DNA of 64,000 nucleotides from Candidatus Hydrogenedentota bacterium (GTDB lineage Bacteria > Hydrogenedentota > Hydrogenedentia > Hydrogenedentales > SLHB01). The position numbers and the translations under genes are program-made. The notes under the pieces were generated by a model. That model saw only the letters and a program-made list of their open reading frames with translations, searched no databases and was not told the DNA's origin. Shown piece by piece: positions 1 to 8,871 of this stretch. Numbering within the stretch: position 1 is the stretch's first letter; the number at the start of each line of letters is the position of its first letter. Location: positions 736,001 to 800,000 of the forward strand of contig CAXXYE010000009.1 of the NCBI GenBank assembly GCA_963674865.2, given 5' to 3'.

Positions 1-79
1 CCGAGCATTGGGCAAGGAGCCTGCTGATCTCGGACGATTCGGGGATGTTCAGCGTAGACACATCAAATGGGACGGGCAT
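1..79 (-). CDS. 5' end of a CDS running off the left edge (MPVPFDVSTLNIPESSEISRLLAQCS...), product unknown
   Basis: Strong RBS AAGGAGGAGG 6 nt before ATG at 79 on the minus strand; frame open to the window edge; upstream TTGATT-17-CATACT sigma70-like promoter. Confidence 0.6.
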   Translation of the reverse strand, partial: MPVPFDVSTLNIPESSEISRLLAQCS

Positions 80-467
80 GGTCGACCTCCTCCTTCGGCT
101 TCCCCGCATCCAGCATATTCTGGCCGTACCACTCTGAGTTCAGTATGACGCAGCGCCGGGCGACAATCAAGCCGCGGGCCACCGCAAGTCGTTGGCACAC
201 AGCACATCTGCGGCCCGGCTTATCACACTCATTTCTGAGAAGGCATGGAGGCTCAAACATCAGGCCTCAGCCACTCCAAGGAATCCCATGCTCTTCGGAG
301 ATACCTCTGGCTTCCACTGAGGACTCGGGATCCCGGATTTGAAGTCGCCACCCATGATTCCCTAGGCTCAAGGGCCTTGAGGCAACTGGCCGGCCGGCGG
401 GCGCATCAGGCATTCTGTTGACAGCACCTTTGGGAGACGGCAGCCTACAGCAGGAGGTGGATTTCGC

Positions 468-1436
468 ATGGCAAACTTCTTGGTTACGGGGGGCGGGGGC
501 TTCATTGGTTCGAACATCGTTGCGCACTTGGTTTCCCAAGGCGAGTCCGTGCGGGTCATTGACAACTTCGCAACAGGCCATCGTGAGAACCTCACTCCCT
601 TTCTAGCGAAAATCGACTTGATCGAGGGAGATATCCGGAAACCGGAGGACTGTGCCCGTGCGGCGGCGGATATGGACTACATCCTCCACCAAGCGGCGGT
701 GCCTTCGGTGCCGCGCTCGGTGGCGGATCCCGTGCTGAGTCATGAGTCGAACGCGACAGGCACGCTCAACATGCTGATCGCGGCGCGCGACGCGGGCGTC
801 AAGCGGCTCGTGTATGCGGGCTCGAGTTCCGCCTACGGGGATCAGGAATCAGACTTCAAGGTCGAGACGCTCATACGCAATCCGCTTTCCCCGTACGCGG
901 CGGCCAAAGCTGCCTGCGAGCATTATCTCAGGGCGTTTCACATGTGCTACGGCATAGAAACGGTAACGCTGCGTTATTTCAACGTTTTCGGGCCAAGACA
1001 AGATCCGAATTCGCCCTACAGCGCAGTGATTCCCCTGTTCGTCAACGCCGTGCTGGACGCTCACAGCCCTACGGTGCACGGCGATGGCCGTCAGGCGCGC
1101 GATTTCACCTTCGTCGAGAATAATGTGCGCGCCAACATACTTGCCGCTACGGGGAGCTTCAAAGCCTGCGGGCAGGTATACAACATCGCCTGCGGCACGT
1201 CTTACAGCATTCTGGATCTACTCGATGAAATCAACGCCGTTCTAGGAACGGACGTGCAGCCCGCCTTCACAGAGGCCCGAGTGGGAGACGTCCGGCTATC
1301 CAAGGCGGACATATCGCGTGCCCGGCAAGACCTGGGCTACGAGGTTTTCGTGCCTTTCCGTGAGGGATTGGCCAAAACCATCGCGTGGTACCGCGAGGAA
1401 AGGGAGCGCGTCGGCAACACCGGCCAAACAGCCTGA
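468..1436 (+). CDS. NAD-dependent nucleotide-sugar epimerase (extended SDR, UDP-Glc/GlcNAc 4-epimerase-like)
   Basis: TGGGGFIGS Rossmann motif, YAAAK catalytic YxxxK, LRYFNVFGPRQDP; RBS CAGGAGG. Confidence 0.92.
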   Translation: MANFLVTGGGGFIGSNIVAHLVSQGESVRVIDNFATGHRENLTPFLAKIDLIEGDIRKPEDCARAAADMDYILHQAAVPSVPRSVADPVLSHESNATGTLNMLIAARDAGVKRLVYAGSSSAYGDQESDFKVETLIRNPLSPYAAAKAACEHYLRAFHMCYGIETVTLRYFNVFGPRQDPNSPYSAVIPLFVNAVLDAHSPTVHGDGRQARDFTFVENNVRANILAATGSFKACGQVYNIACGTSYSILDLLDEINAVLGTDVQPAFTEARVGDVRLSKADISRARQDLGYEVFVPFREGLAKTIAWYREERERVGNTGQTA

Positions 1437-1450
1437 GAGAGGCCCGAGAA

Positions 1451-2209
1451 TTAGCCCGTCGGCTCCATAGATGACGAAGCCGCGTCGTCGCCTGAATTGC
1501 TCTTTCTCTTGGCGACAATCCCTTCGTCGTGGGAAGGAATGATCATCTCGCCCGGCTCAACCACAAGAAAGTCGTTCTCGTTCCACTTTCCCTCCAGAAA
1601 ATCGACAATGAGGCGCGAATCGCCGCGGACCTCCTCGTACGCCCACGATAGCCAGTCGGCGGCGCGCCGCGTGTGCTCTTTGTAGTGGTTCGCATCCCCA
1701 ACGCCGAGATCGACATAGGCCGCGCGGGAATAGTTGGCGACCCACTCCTGCGTGGTCTTCATGAGGTACTCGGCATTCTCTTTGCCGTAAGTCGCGACGT
1801 ACTCACGAAGCTCCCTCTCATACCGCTCTTTGCCCGGCATTTCACACGTGTCGATCCAGCCGGGACTATACCAATACCTGCCTGGGTAACCTTCAAAGTA
1901 CTCCCGATAGCGCTCCTTGGAGCCGAGCAAGAAGGTGATGCAATCGTGGCCTCGCATGACGACAAGTCTGGTGCCTCGGGCGACAATGCCCGCGAGCCCG
2001 TTGCTGCATAAACCGTAGCCGACGAGCACGGCGTCGTACTCACCCGGCACCGCGTCGATAGCGGCCTGGAGTTCTTCGCGCAGGATATCGGGAGTATCAT
2101 GCAGTCCTTGCCTCAGAAACCGGAAATCAAAGACGTTTCGTGACAGAGCCGCATAGTGGCACAGCTCGCGCCACAGTACATGGCAGCTAATGACGTAGAA
2201 TCTCTGCAT
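1451..2209 (-). CDS. DUF1638 domain protein
   Basis: ISC..L.REL, GLHDTP..LR..LQ..ID, GYGLCSNG, DCITFLLGS and YWYSPGW motifs; start taken at ATG 2209 (AGGA RBS). Confidence 0.8.
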   Translation of the reverse strand: MQRFYVISCHVLWRELCHYAALSRNVFDFRFLRQGLHDTPDILREELQAAIDAVPGEYDAVLVGYGLCSNGLAGIVARGTRLVVMRGHDCITFLLGSKERYREYFEGYPGRYWYSPGWIDTCEMPGKERYERELREYVATYGKENAEYLMKTTQEWVANYSRAAYVDLGVGDANHYKEHTRRAADWLSWAYEEVRGDSRLIVDFLEGKWNENDFLVVEPGEMIIPSHDEGIVAKRKSNSGDDAASSSMEPTG

Positions 2210-2311
2210 GAGATAAATCCTAGAGCCCACGCCAGGAAGAAGGCCCGGATACACAACTTCCCGATCGCCTTCGGACGGTCGGGAAGCCGGACTTCGCCCA
2301 GCGGAAGCCGA

Positions 2312-2590
2312 TCAACTTGCGAGTTGGTCGAATTCCGACACGGGCAGGGCCGGAACCGTGGAAAAAGCAATTCCAGTGGCTCGGTTTATGGCGATGGAGG
2401 CTCTCACGGCCTCCTCCGTACCGGGCAGCTCGGCGATGATGACGAGGTCCTTGTCGCCGAGAAGGGCGTAAATGCCCTGGACTGTGCCGCCGAGTTCCTG
2501 GACAAGCTTCTCGGCGTCCTTCGTGCGTTCAGCCGAGATGCCTTTCATGGCCTCGGCCGAGTACTTCCCGAACAAGAAGAACGTAGCCAT
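2312..2590 (-). CDS. GYD domain protein
   Basis: 92 aa; YS.E..KG, GG.V..IY.LLG.(K)DLV.I.E.P pattern of the GYD family; RBS AAGGAGG. Confidence 0.8.
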   Translation of the reverse strand: MATFFLFGKYSAEAMKGISAERTKDAEKLVQELGGTVQGIYALLGDKDLVIIAELPGTEEAVRASIAINRATGIAFSTVPALPVSEFDQLAS

Positions 2591-2831
2591 GGCAGCCTCC
2601 TTTTCCTTTCCTGATGCCGCGGCGCCGTCGCGGCCCGATCTCTTTGTACTCCCGGTGCGGGTGAGCGGTCAACCGCGCGAATTCACCCGGTAGCCGGTTG
2701 CCCGCTGTGCGGCACCTAAGTCACTGGCGGCAAATGCATTAGCTGCGAGAACCTACTCGCGCTTGTGTCTGAGGCGACATCTCGTTTACGCTGGTGTCCA
2801 ATGACACCGCATAGGAAGGTCATCTTTCGGA

Positions 2832-3629
2832 ATGGCTAAGACAGGCGCGGGAACAGGGGGCGCCATCGGGCGGGACTGGGGCCTGGCGCTGCGGAATCTC
2901 GTCTTGCCCACGTTCTGCAAGCAGTGCGGCCGGCGTCTCCTGACGGAGGAAAATGGCTTCTTCTGCCCCACGTGCTGGGAGTCAAGCCCTCGCGTGAGAC
3001 GTCCCTTCTGCACGGTGTGTGGGCGGCCACACGGCGGCGCCGTGGGCTTTGGAACTCTTAGTAACTTCCCGTGCGCGGAGTGTCGCCGTCGGGAGGCAAA
3101 GCCACGGCCTTATGGCCGGATCTATGGCGCAGCGCTGTACGCCGAAGCCGTCGAGGAGGCGATCAAGCTTTTCAAGTTCCGCGATCGCCCGCGTCTGGGA
3201 ACTGCACTCGGGCGGCTGATGGCGGAGTTTGCGGCACGCGAGATGGAATGCTCTCGGTACGATGTGATCGTTCCGGTGCCCCTGCATCGGGTCCGTGCCC
3301 GCGACCGGGGATACAATCAGGCAAGGCTGCTTGCGGAGGAACTGACGGAAGTATTCCCTCAGGCGGCGCTGACCAACGCACTCAGACGGACGCGGCCGAC
3401 GCGGGTGCAAAGCCTGTTGCGGGATGGCGCCGCGCGGGTCGCGAACGTCAAAGGTGCCTTTGCCTTGACGCCGGACACGCGCCTGGCCGGTAGGCGGGTG
3501 TTGCTGGTGGATGACGTGGTAACCACGGCCGGCACGGTTACCGAGTGCTGCGCCACGCTGCAAGGGGCCAAACCTGCGTCCGTAGATGTGTTCGTGGCTG
3601 CGCTGGCGGCATCAACGGCTGGCCGGTAG
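2832..3629 (+). CDS. comF: ComF-family protein (double zinc ribbon + phosphoribosyltransferase domain)
   Basis: Four CxxC pairs, VPVPLH..R...RGYNQA, VLLVDDVVTTAGT. Confidence 0.88.
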   Translation: MAKTGAGTGGAIGRDWGLALRNLVLPTFCKQCGRRLLTEENGFFCPTCWESSPRVRRPFCTVCGRPHGGAVGFGTLSNFPCAECRRREAKPRPYGRIYGAALYAEAVEEAIKLFKFRDRPRLGTALGRLMAEFAAREMECSRYDVIVPVPLHRVRARDRGYNQARLLAEELTEVFPQAALTNALRRTRPTRVQSLLRDGAARVANVKGAFALTPDTRLAGRRVLLVDDVVTTAGTVTECCATLQGAKPASVDVFVAALAASTAGR

Positions 3630-3727
3630 ACGGACGGACGGTGTGGGCGGAGGATGAAGTAGCCGTTAGCGGGCATTATCGGGCAGAAGAGTATTCGGGT
3701 GTCTTGACTCACTCGATGCTGGAACGG

Positions 3728-3916
3728 CTATCGAATATCGGCACTGAACTTACCCATGAAGGCCGTGAAGCCTTTGAGCCTCTTGAGTCGCACATTTTCC
3801 ATGCGGTACATCCGGAGTTTCTCGCAAGCGTCTTTCTCGTTCTCGGCTACCACCGTGCCTGTTTCAACCTGTTCTTCCCTATCCAGAATGGTTCCCGAGT
3901 ACTGATAAACGGCCAC
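3728..3916 (-). CDS. 62-aa small protein resembling the N-terminal extension of PilC/GspF proteins
   Basis: M.VY.Y......G.V.AE.E..A..KLR pattern; RBS GGAGGG; has its own promoter. Confidence 0.6.
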   Translation of the reverse strand: MAVYQYSGTILDREEQVETGTVVAENEKDACEKLRMYRMENVRLKRLKGFTAFMGKFSADIR

Positions 3917-3996
3917 GCTTTGCCCTCCAGGATGTCAGAAGTGAGATCAGCAACAAAACTGCCGTCGCAAACGTATTCTCTTTTATAGTATAGCGC

Positions 3997-4026
3997 ATTG
4001 TAAGCAGATCGTTACACCGATTTCAA
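3997..4026 (-). promoter_or_regulatory. sigma70-type promoter for the 62-aa gene, overlapped by the palindrome TGTAA-N8-TTACA (3999-4016)
   Basis: TTGAAA-18 nt-TACAAT on the minus strand. Confidence 0.6.
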
Positions 4027-4243
4027 GGAAGAATGGCTTGGCGGGTCTTGCCGTCCCCTAGTCCCGGGTCCGCCAAGACCATAGGTAACAAGACGATGCC
4101 GCCCTCCGGCGTGATCGTGAACGGCTTGATCCGGGAAATTGAACGGGGGCGCGGCTATATGCTAAGATGTCCGTTGGCCCAAGGGGTAGATCTGTCTTGC
4201 TTTCGAGCGAAAAAGGGAAGAAGAACGCGGATATAGACGCCTG

Positions 4244-5578
4244 ATGTTCGAGTCGCTGACACAGAGACTGGAGCGTGCCTTCAAGAACATTCGCGGTCAA
4301 GGGCGATTGACCGAGACGAACATGAAGGACAGCCTCCAGGAGATCCGCATGGCGCTCCTTGAGGCCGACGTGAACTACAAGGTCGTCAAGGACTTCATCG
4401 CTGACGTACAGGAAGCAGCGGTTGGACAGAAAGTCCTTGACAGCGTTCAGCCCGGCCAGCAGATCGTCAAGATCGTCCATGACGAACTTATCAGGATCAT
4501 GGGCGGGAGCAATGCCCCCCTGCAAATGGCCGATCACGCTCCGACCATCATTATGATGGTTGGCCTGCAAGGTCAAGGTAAGACGACCTCGACGGGCAAG
4601 CTCGCGGTGCGCCTGAAGAAGACCGGCCACAAGCCGCTGCTCGTCGGCGCCGATGTGAAACGCCCCGCCGCAATTCGCCAGTTGGAGGTCGTTGCGGAGC
4701 AGGCGGGCGTGGAATGCTTCAGTCTGGGCGAGAACACCGATCCTGTGGACGCCTGTGTCATGGCCCGCGGCGAGGCGCAAATGCGCGGGTGTGACCTTAT
4801 CCTTATCGATACCGCGGGCCGACTGCACGTGGACGAGGAGATGATGGCGGAGGTCCGCCGGATCCACGTGGCCGTGCAGCCGCATGAGATTTTGTTTGTG
4901 GCCAACGCCATGACCGGCCAGGACGCCGTCAACTCCGCCAAGCAGTTCAATGAGGCCCTCCCGCTTACGGGCGTGCTTCTGACGCAGATGGATGGCGATG
5001 CGCGCGGCGGCGCGGCCATCAGCCTGATTCGTGTGACGGGCTGCCCCATCAAGTTCATCGGGACGGGCGAGAAACTCGACGCGCTGGAAGCATTCCATCC
5101 ACAGCGCATGGCGGATCAGATCCTGGGCATGGGTGATGTGGTCTCGCTCGTGGAAAAGGCCCAGGAAGTAGTCGATCGCGAGAAGGCACTGGCTTTTCAG
5201 GAGAAGGCCCGCAAGGCCTCCTGGGACCTCGAGGATTTCCTCGATCAGATGCAACAAGTCAAGAAGCTGGGCCCCCTGACGGATGTGATGCAGAAGATAC
5301 CGGGTATGAACAAGATGATGGCCAAGGGCGTGGAGTTCGACGAGGATGAACTCAAGTACGCGGAGGCCATCATTTTCTCCATGACGCCCAAGGAGAGGCG
5401 GAGTCCGAAGATCATCAATGGTAGTCGCCGCAGACGCATCGCTTCGGGCAGCGGCACCACGATCCAGGACGTCAACCGATTGCTGAAAGACTTCGAGAAA
5501 TCGAAGAAGATGATGAAGCAGATGATGAAGGGTTCGAAGAAGGGCAAGCGGATGAGGATTCAGATGCCTGGATTCTAG
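4244..5578 (+). CDS. ffh: Signal recognition particle protein Ffh
   Basis: GLQGQGKTT, DTAGR, DGDARGGAA, GTGEK, Met-rich M domain with SRRRRIASGSG. Confidence 0.98.
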   Translation: MFESLTQRLERAFKNIRGQGRLTETNMKDSLQEIRMALLEADVNYKVVKDFIADVQEAAVGQKVLDSVQPGQQIVKIVHDELIRIMGGSNAPLQMADHAPTIIMMVGLQGQGKTTSTGKLAVRLKKTGHKPLLVGADVKRPAAIRQLEVVAEQAGVECFSLGENTDPVDACVMARGEAQMRGCDLILIDTAGRLHVDEEMMAEVRRIHVAVQPHEILFVANAMTGQDAVNSAKQFNEALPLTGVLLTQMDGDARGGAAISLIRVTGCPIKFIGTGEKLDALEAFHPQRMADQILGMGDVVSLVEKAQEVVDREKALAFQEKARKASWDLEDFLDQMQQVKKLGPLTDVMQKIPGMNKMMAKGVEFDEDELKYAEAIIFSMTPKERRSPKIINGSRRRRIASGSGTTIQDVNRLLKDFEKSKKMMKQMMKGSKKGKRMRIQMPGF

Positions 5579-5655
5579 CGTTCTGCTGAGAAGTTCGGTT
5601 CGTGGGCAGGGCGCGTCCGCCCGCGCAAGGAAAGTAAGAAGGGATATTCGGGAAC

Positions 5656-6078
5656 ATGGCAACAGCAATTCGTTTGAGGCGTGGCGGCCGGACCCATGCG
5701 CCGTACTATCGCGTGATCGTGATTGACTCGCGGAACCGCTCGCGCGGCAGAGTCATTGACCAGATCGGCGTGTACCATCCGTGCGCCCGCCCGAACCCCC
5801 TGACGGAGATTGACGCTCGCAAGGCTCTTGATTGGCTGGGAAAGGGCGCACAGCCCTCGGCCACGGTGCGGAACATCTTCTCAAAGGCAGGCATTATGGC
5901 GGCTTTTGCCTCGGGCAAGGCGCCTGAGGATGTGGCTGCCGAACCCGTGAAGCTAACCGCGCCCGAGGTCGTCCAGCCCGCCGCCAAACCGGCGCCTGTG
6001 CAAGCTGAAGCGGCGGAGGTTTCCGTAGAGACGCCATCCGAGGCCCCGGCCGAGGAAGCCCCCGAGGCGGAAGCGTAG
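5656..6078 (+). CDS. rpsP: 30S ribosomal protein S16 with Ala/Glu/Pro-rich C-terminal extension
   Basis: IRLRRGG...PYYRVIVIDSR, WLGKGAQPSATV; conserved position after ffh. Confidence 0.96.
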   Translation: MATAIRLRRGGRTHAPYYRVIVIDSRNRSRGRVIDQIGVYHPCARPNPLTEIDARKALDWLGKGAQPSATVRNIFSKAGIMAAFASGKAPEDVAAEPVKLTAPEVVQPAAKPAPVQAEAAEVSVETPSEAPAEEAPEAEA

Positions 6079-6079
6079 C

Positions 6080-6313
6080 GTGAAAGACCTGGTCGAGCTG
6101 ATAGCGAAGAAGCTTGTCGAGCACCCTGAGGACGTTCACGTGCGCGTTACCGAGACTGACGACGGGCAGCAGTGCCTCGAGTTGAGCGTGCATCCTGATG
6201 ATATGGGCCGGGTTATCGGCAAGAATGGCCGGACGGCCAAGGCCATCCGCACCTTGCTCAGCTCAGCCTCGGCGAAGGCGGAAGTGCACGCCATTCTTCA
6301 GATCGTCGAGTAA
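6080..6313 (+). CDS. khpA: KH-domain RNA-binding protein KhpA
   Basis: DMGRVIGKNGRTAKAIRT; lies between rpsP and rimM. Confidence 0.93.
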   Translation: MKDLVELIAKKLVEHPEDVHVRVTETDDGQQCLELSVHPDDMGRVIGKNGRTAKAIRTLLSSASAKAEVHAILQIVE

Positions 6314-6330
6314 GACGGTGTAGCGAAGGG

Positions 6331-6870
6331 ATGGCTGCTAAAGGGTGTCACGCCGGCACGGTGACGTCGGTTAATCCGGCGCGGCGGGTCTTGCGCGTGA
6401 AGCCGGCGCCCGGAGGCGAACGCCTGCTCGAAGGAGCGGAGTGGATTTTCGTTAATCTTCGCGACGACACGACGCTTCGCTGTCGGACGGCGGCGACGGC
6501 CCCAGGAGAGGCGGTGCTTACCGTGACGCTGGCGCCGGGCGTAACGCGGGACGCCGTGGCCCGCATGAAAGGGGCTTCCGTGGCGGTTGCCGAGGGAGGA
6601 GCTTGTGGCGCCGAAGACACGTGGCGCCATGTGTCGGAGCTTCTCCATTTCACGGTGATGGACAAAGGCGGCCATCGCGTAGGTGCGATAGCTGAGGTCT
6701 ACGCTACCGGCGCCAACGCGGTTTTCGATATTGAGAAGTCCGGCGGCGGGCGTATTCTGCTGCCGGCCATTGATGAGGTCATTGCTCGGGTGGATGTCCC
6801 GGGCCGCACCTTGACAGTGCGCGATATCGCGCCTTATGCAGTTGAAGAAGAGGACCACGATGAGGATTGA
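6331..6870 (+). CDS. rimM: Ribosome maturation factor RimM (divergent N-terminal half)
   Basis: PRC-barrel TGANAVF...ILLP.IDEVI..VD; synteny with trmD. Confidence 0.85.
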   Translation: MAAKGCHAGTVTSVNPARRVLRVKPAPGGERLLEGAEWIFVNLRDDTTLRCRTAATAPGEAVLTVTLAPGVTRDAVARMKGASVAVAEGGACGAEDTWRHVSELLHFTVMDKGGHRVGAIAEVYATGANAVFDIEKSGGGRILLPAIDEVIARVDVPGRTLTVRDIAPYAVEEEDHDED

Positions 6871-7615
6871 CATCCTCACGCTGTTTCCGGACGTCTTTGA
6901 GGGGCCGCTGAAGGCGAGCTTGCTCGGCAAGGCGGTTTTCGATGGACTTCTCGAGGTCGTCGTCACCGACATCCGCGACTTCACTACGGATCGCCACCGA
7001 ACGGCGGACGACGCCCCATACGGAGGCGGGCCCGGCATGGTGATGAAGTGCGAGCCGGTATTTGCCGCGGCCGAGAGTCTGCGCGGGCGCAACTCCCTGG
7101 AGCGCGTGATCTTATTGTCGCCGCGCGGCCGGCGCCTGACACAGGATGTCGTACGTGAATTGGCCCAATGCAACGATTTTATGCTTATTTGCGGCCGATA
7201 TGAGGGTGTGGATGAGCGTGTCTCAGAGGGCTTGTGCACTGACGAGATCTCGATTGGCGATTACGTACTGAGCGGCGGGGAAGTACCTGCCCTCGTTGTG
7301 GTTGAGGCCGTCAGCCGGATGGTCCCCGGCGTAGTCGGCCATTGGGAATCGGTTACGACCGATTCCTTCTACGAAGGGATTCTGGCGCCGCCGCAATACA
7401 CGCGGCCACCGGTGTTCGATGGCATAGCCGCTCCCGAGGTGCTGCGAAGCGGCGACCACGGCGCCATACGGCGCTGGCGTCGGAAAGAGGCCTTACGCGT
7501 AACACGGGCTCGGCGCCCGGACTTGATAGCTTTGTGCACGAGTGAAGAAGACTGCCAGCTTCTCGCCGAGATCGAGCGAGAGAATGCGGCGTTGGAAAGG
7601 GAGAATGAGTCGTGA
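6860..7615 (+). CDS. trmD: tRNA (guanine-N1)-methyltransferase TrmD
   Basis: [39 protein letters not shown]; start MRIDILT at 6860. Confidence 0.98.
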   Translation: MRIDILTLFPDVFEGPLKASLLGKAVFDGLLEVVVTDIRDFTTDRHRTADDAPYGGGPGMVMKCEPVFAAAESLRGRNSLERVILLSPRGRRLTQDVVRELAQCNDFMLICGRYEGVDERVSEGLCTDEISIGDYVLSGGEVPALVVVEAVSRMVPGVVGHWESVTTDSFYEGILAPPQYTRPPVFDGIAAPEVLRSGDHGAIRRWRRKEALRVTRARRPDLIALCTSEEDCQLLAEIERENAALERENES

Positions 7616-7983
7616 ATGCTGTGGAAGAGATCAAACAAGCCCAGAAGAAGCCCGAAGAGAATCTGCCCTCCTTTCGGGTTGGAGACACGGTCCGGGTACA
7701 CTTCCGCATTGTCGAAGGTGAGAAGGAGCGGATCCAGGTTTTCGAGGGCGTCGTGATCGGCAAGAAGGGCAAGACGGGGCCGCACGCCAATTTCACTGTT
7801 CGCCGCGTGGCGTATGGCGAGGGCGTGGAGCGCGTCTTCCCCCTGCACTCGCCTCGCGTTGAGAAGGTCGAGGTGAGCCGGGAGGGCGCGACGCGGCGTG
7901 CCAAGCTCTACTACCTTCGGGAGCGCCGGGGCAAGGCGGCACGCGTTAAGGCGCGCGCGCGCTCCGTATCTACGCGGAAATAG
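7612..7983 (+). CDS. rplS: 50S ribosomal protein L19
   Basis: [40 protein letters not shown]. Confidence 0.98.
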   Translation: MNAVEEIKQAQKKPEENLPSFRVGDTVRVHFRIVEGEKERIQVFEGVVIGKKGKTGPHANFTVRRVAYGEGVERVFPLHSPRVEKVEVSREGATRRAKLYYLRERRGKAARVKARARSVSTRK

Positions 7984-8055
7984 CGCCCAAGCCTATGGTA
8001 TGCTGCCGCTGCGGCGTCATGCCGCATGCGATGCAAGCGAACCGCGAGGGCACAG

Positions 8056-8871
8056 ATGGGCAGCAAGGCGTCGAGCAAGCTACAAGCCGGTCTGCGTGGC
8101 GCCCCTCCTTATCTTGAGGATGCCTTGGCTCCGCTAGGAGTTAACTCGCGGTGCGGTGCACAGGCGCGACACCTTTCCTCTCTTCGCAGCCGCTTGCAGT
8201 CGGTCGCGTCAGCCAACCGGTTTGGGCACATGACAGGCTTCGAGCGGGAGGCGTTCACCAACGGATTTGCCCAGGTCGCCGGGGTGGACGAGGCAGGCCG
8301 GGGGCCGCTGGCGGGCCCTATCGTCGCAGGCGCCGTCATTCTCGCCGGGCCGGTTCCGGGATTGGATGATTCCAAGCGGCTTTCCCCGAATCGCCGAGAA
8401 GAGCTTTTCGCATTGCTCACAAGTGGCCGACATGCGTTTGCCACGTCAGTGATTGGACCAGAAGCAATTGACAAGTGGGGCATCCAGGTCGCGAACTATC
8501 GCGCCATGGCTGAGGCGGCGGCCCAACTTGATCCCTCTGCCGACTTCCTGCTCGTGGATGGTTTTGAACTTCCCTGTTGTTTGATCCCGCAGAAGCGGAT
8601 TGTCAAAGGCGATCGGCTCTCTGTGTCGATCGCGGCCGCAAGCATCATTGCAAAGGTGTGGCGAGACCGCATCATGATGGAGCTGGACGGAGTCTATCCG
8701 GAATACGGCTTTGCGAAACACAAGGGCTACGGCACCCGCCTCCATCTCGATGCCCTGAGGCGATTGGGCCCCTGCCCCGCGCACAGGCGAAGCTTCGTGC
8801 CGGTAGGTAGGAGATGTGAATCGGCGTGCCTTTTCGAGAACGTAACCGAGGGTGGTGAAACATGCGATTGA
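8056..8871 (+). CDS. rnhB: Ribonuclease HII (start uncertain)
   Basis: GVDEAGRGPLAGP, DDSKRLS, KGD..S.SIAAASIIAKV.RD, HKGYGT, HRRSF. Confidence 0.95.
   Translation: MGSKASSKLQAGLRGAPPYLEDALAPLGVNSRCGAQARHLSSLRSRLQSVASANRFGHMTGFEREAFTNGFAQVAGVDEAGRGPLAGPIVAGAVILAGPVPGLDDSKRLSPNRREELFALLTSGRHAFATSVIGPEAIDKWGIQVANYRAMAEAAAQLDPSADFLLVDGFELPCCLIPQKRIVKGDRLSVSIAAASIIAKVWRDRIMMELDGVYPEYGFAKHKGYGTRLHLDALRRLGPCPAHRRSFVPVGRRCESACLFENVTEGGETCD

Noticed and set aside
63..342. Short ORFs 63-260 (-) and 67-342 (+)
   Set aside because: No RBS or recognisable motif; the region is better explained as divergent promoter DNA upstream of the ATG at 79 and the epimerase gene
1451..2209. DUF1638 together with the URO-D-like gene (48757-49770) as a corrinoid methyltransferase system
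   Set aside because: The genes are 46 kb apart and no corrinoid protein or activator gene is in the window
4058..5668. 536-aa ORF antisense to ffh
   Set aside because: Antisense shadow ORF produced by strong codon bias in a conserved gene; no motifs or RBS
5900..6078. Low-complexity C-terminal extension of S16
   Set aside because: Ala/Glu/Pro-rich S16 tails occur in many phyla; not novel
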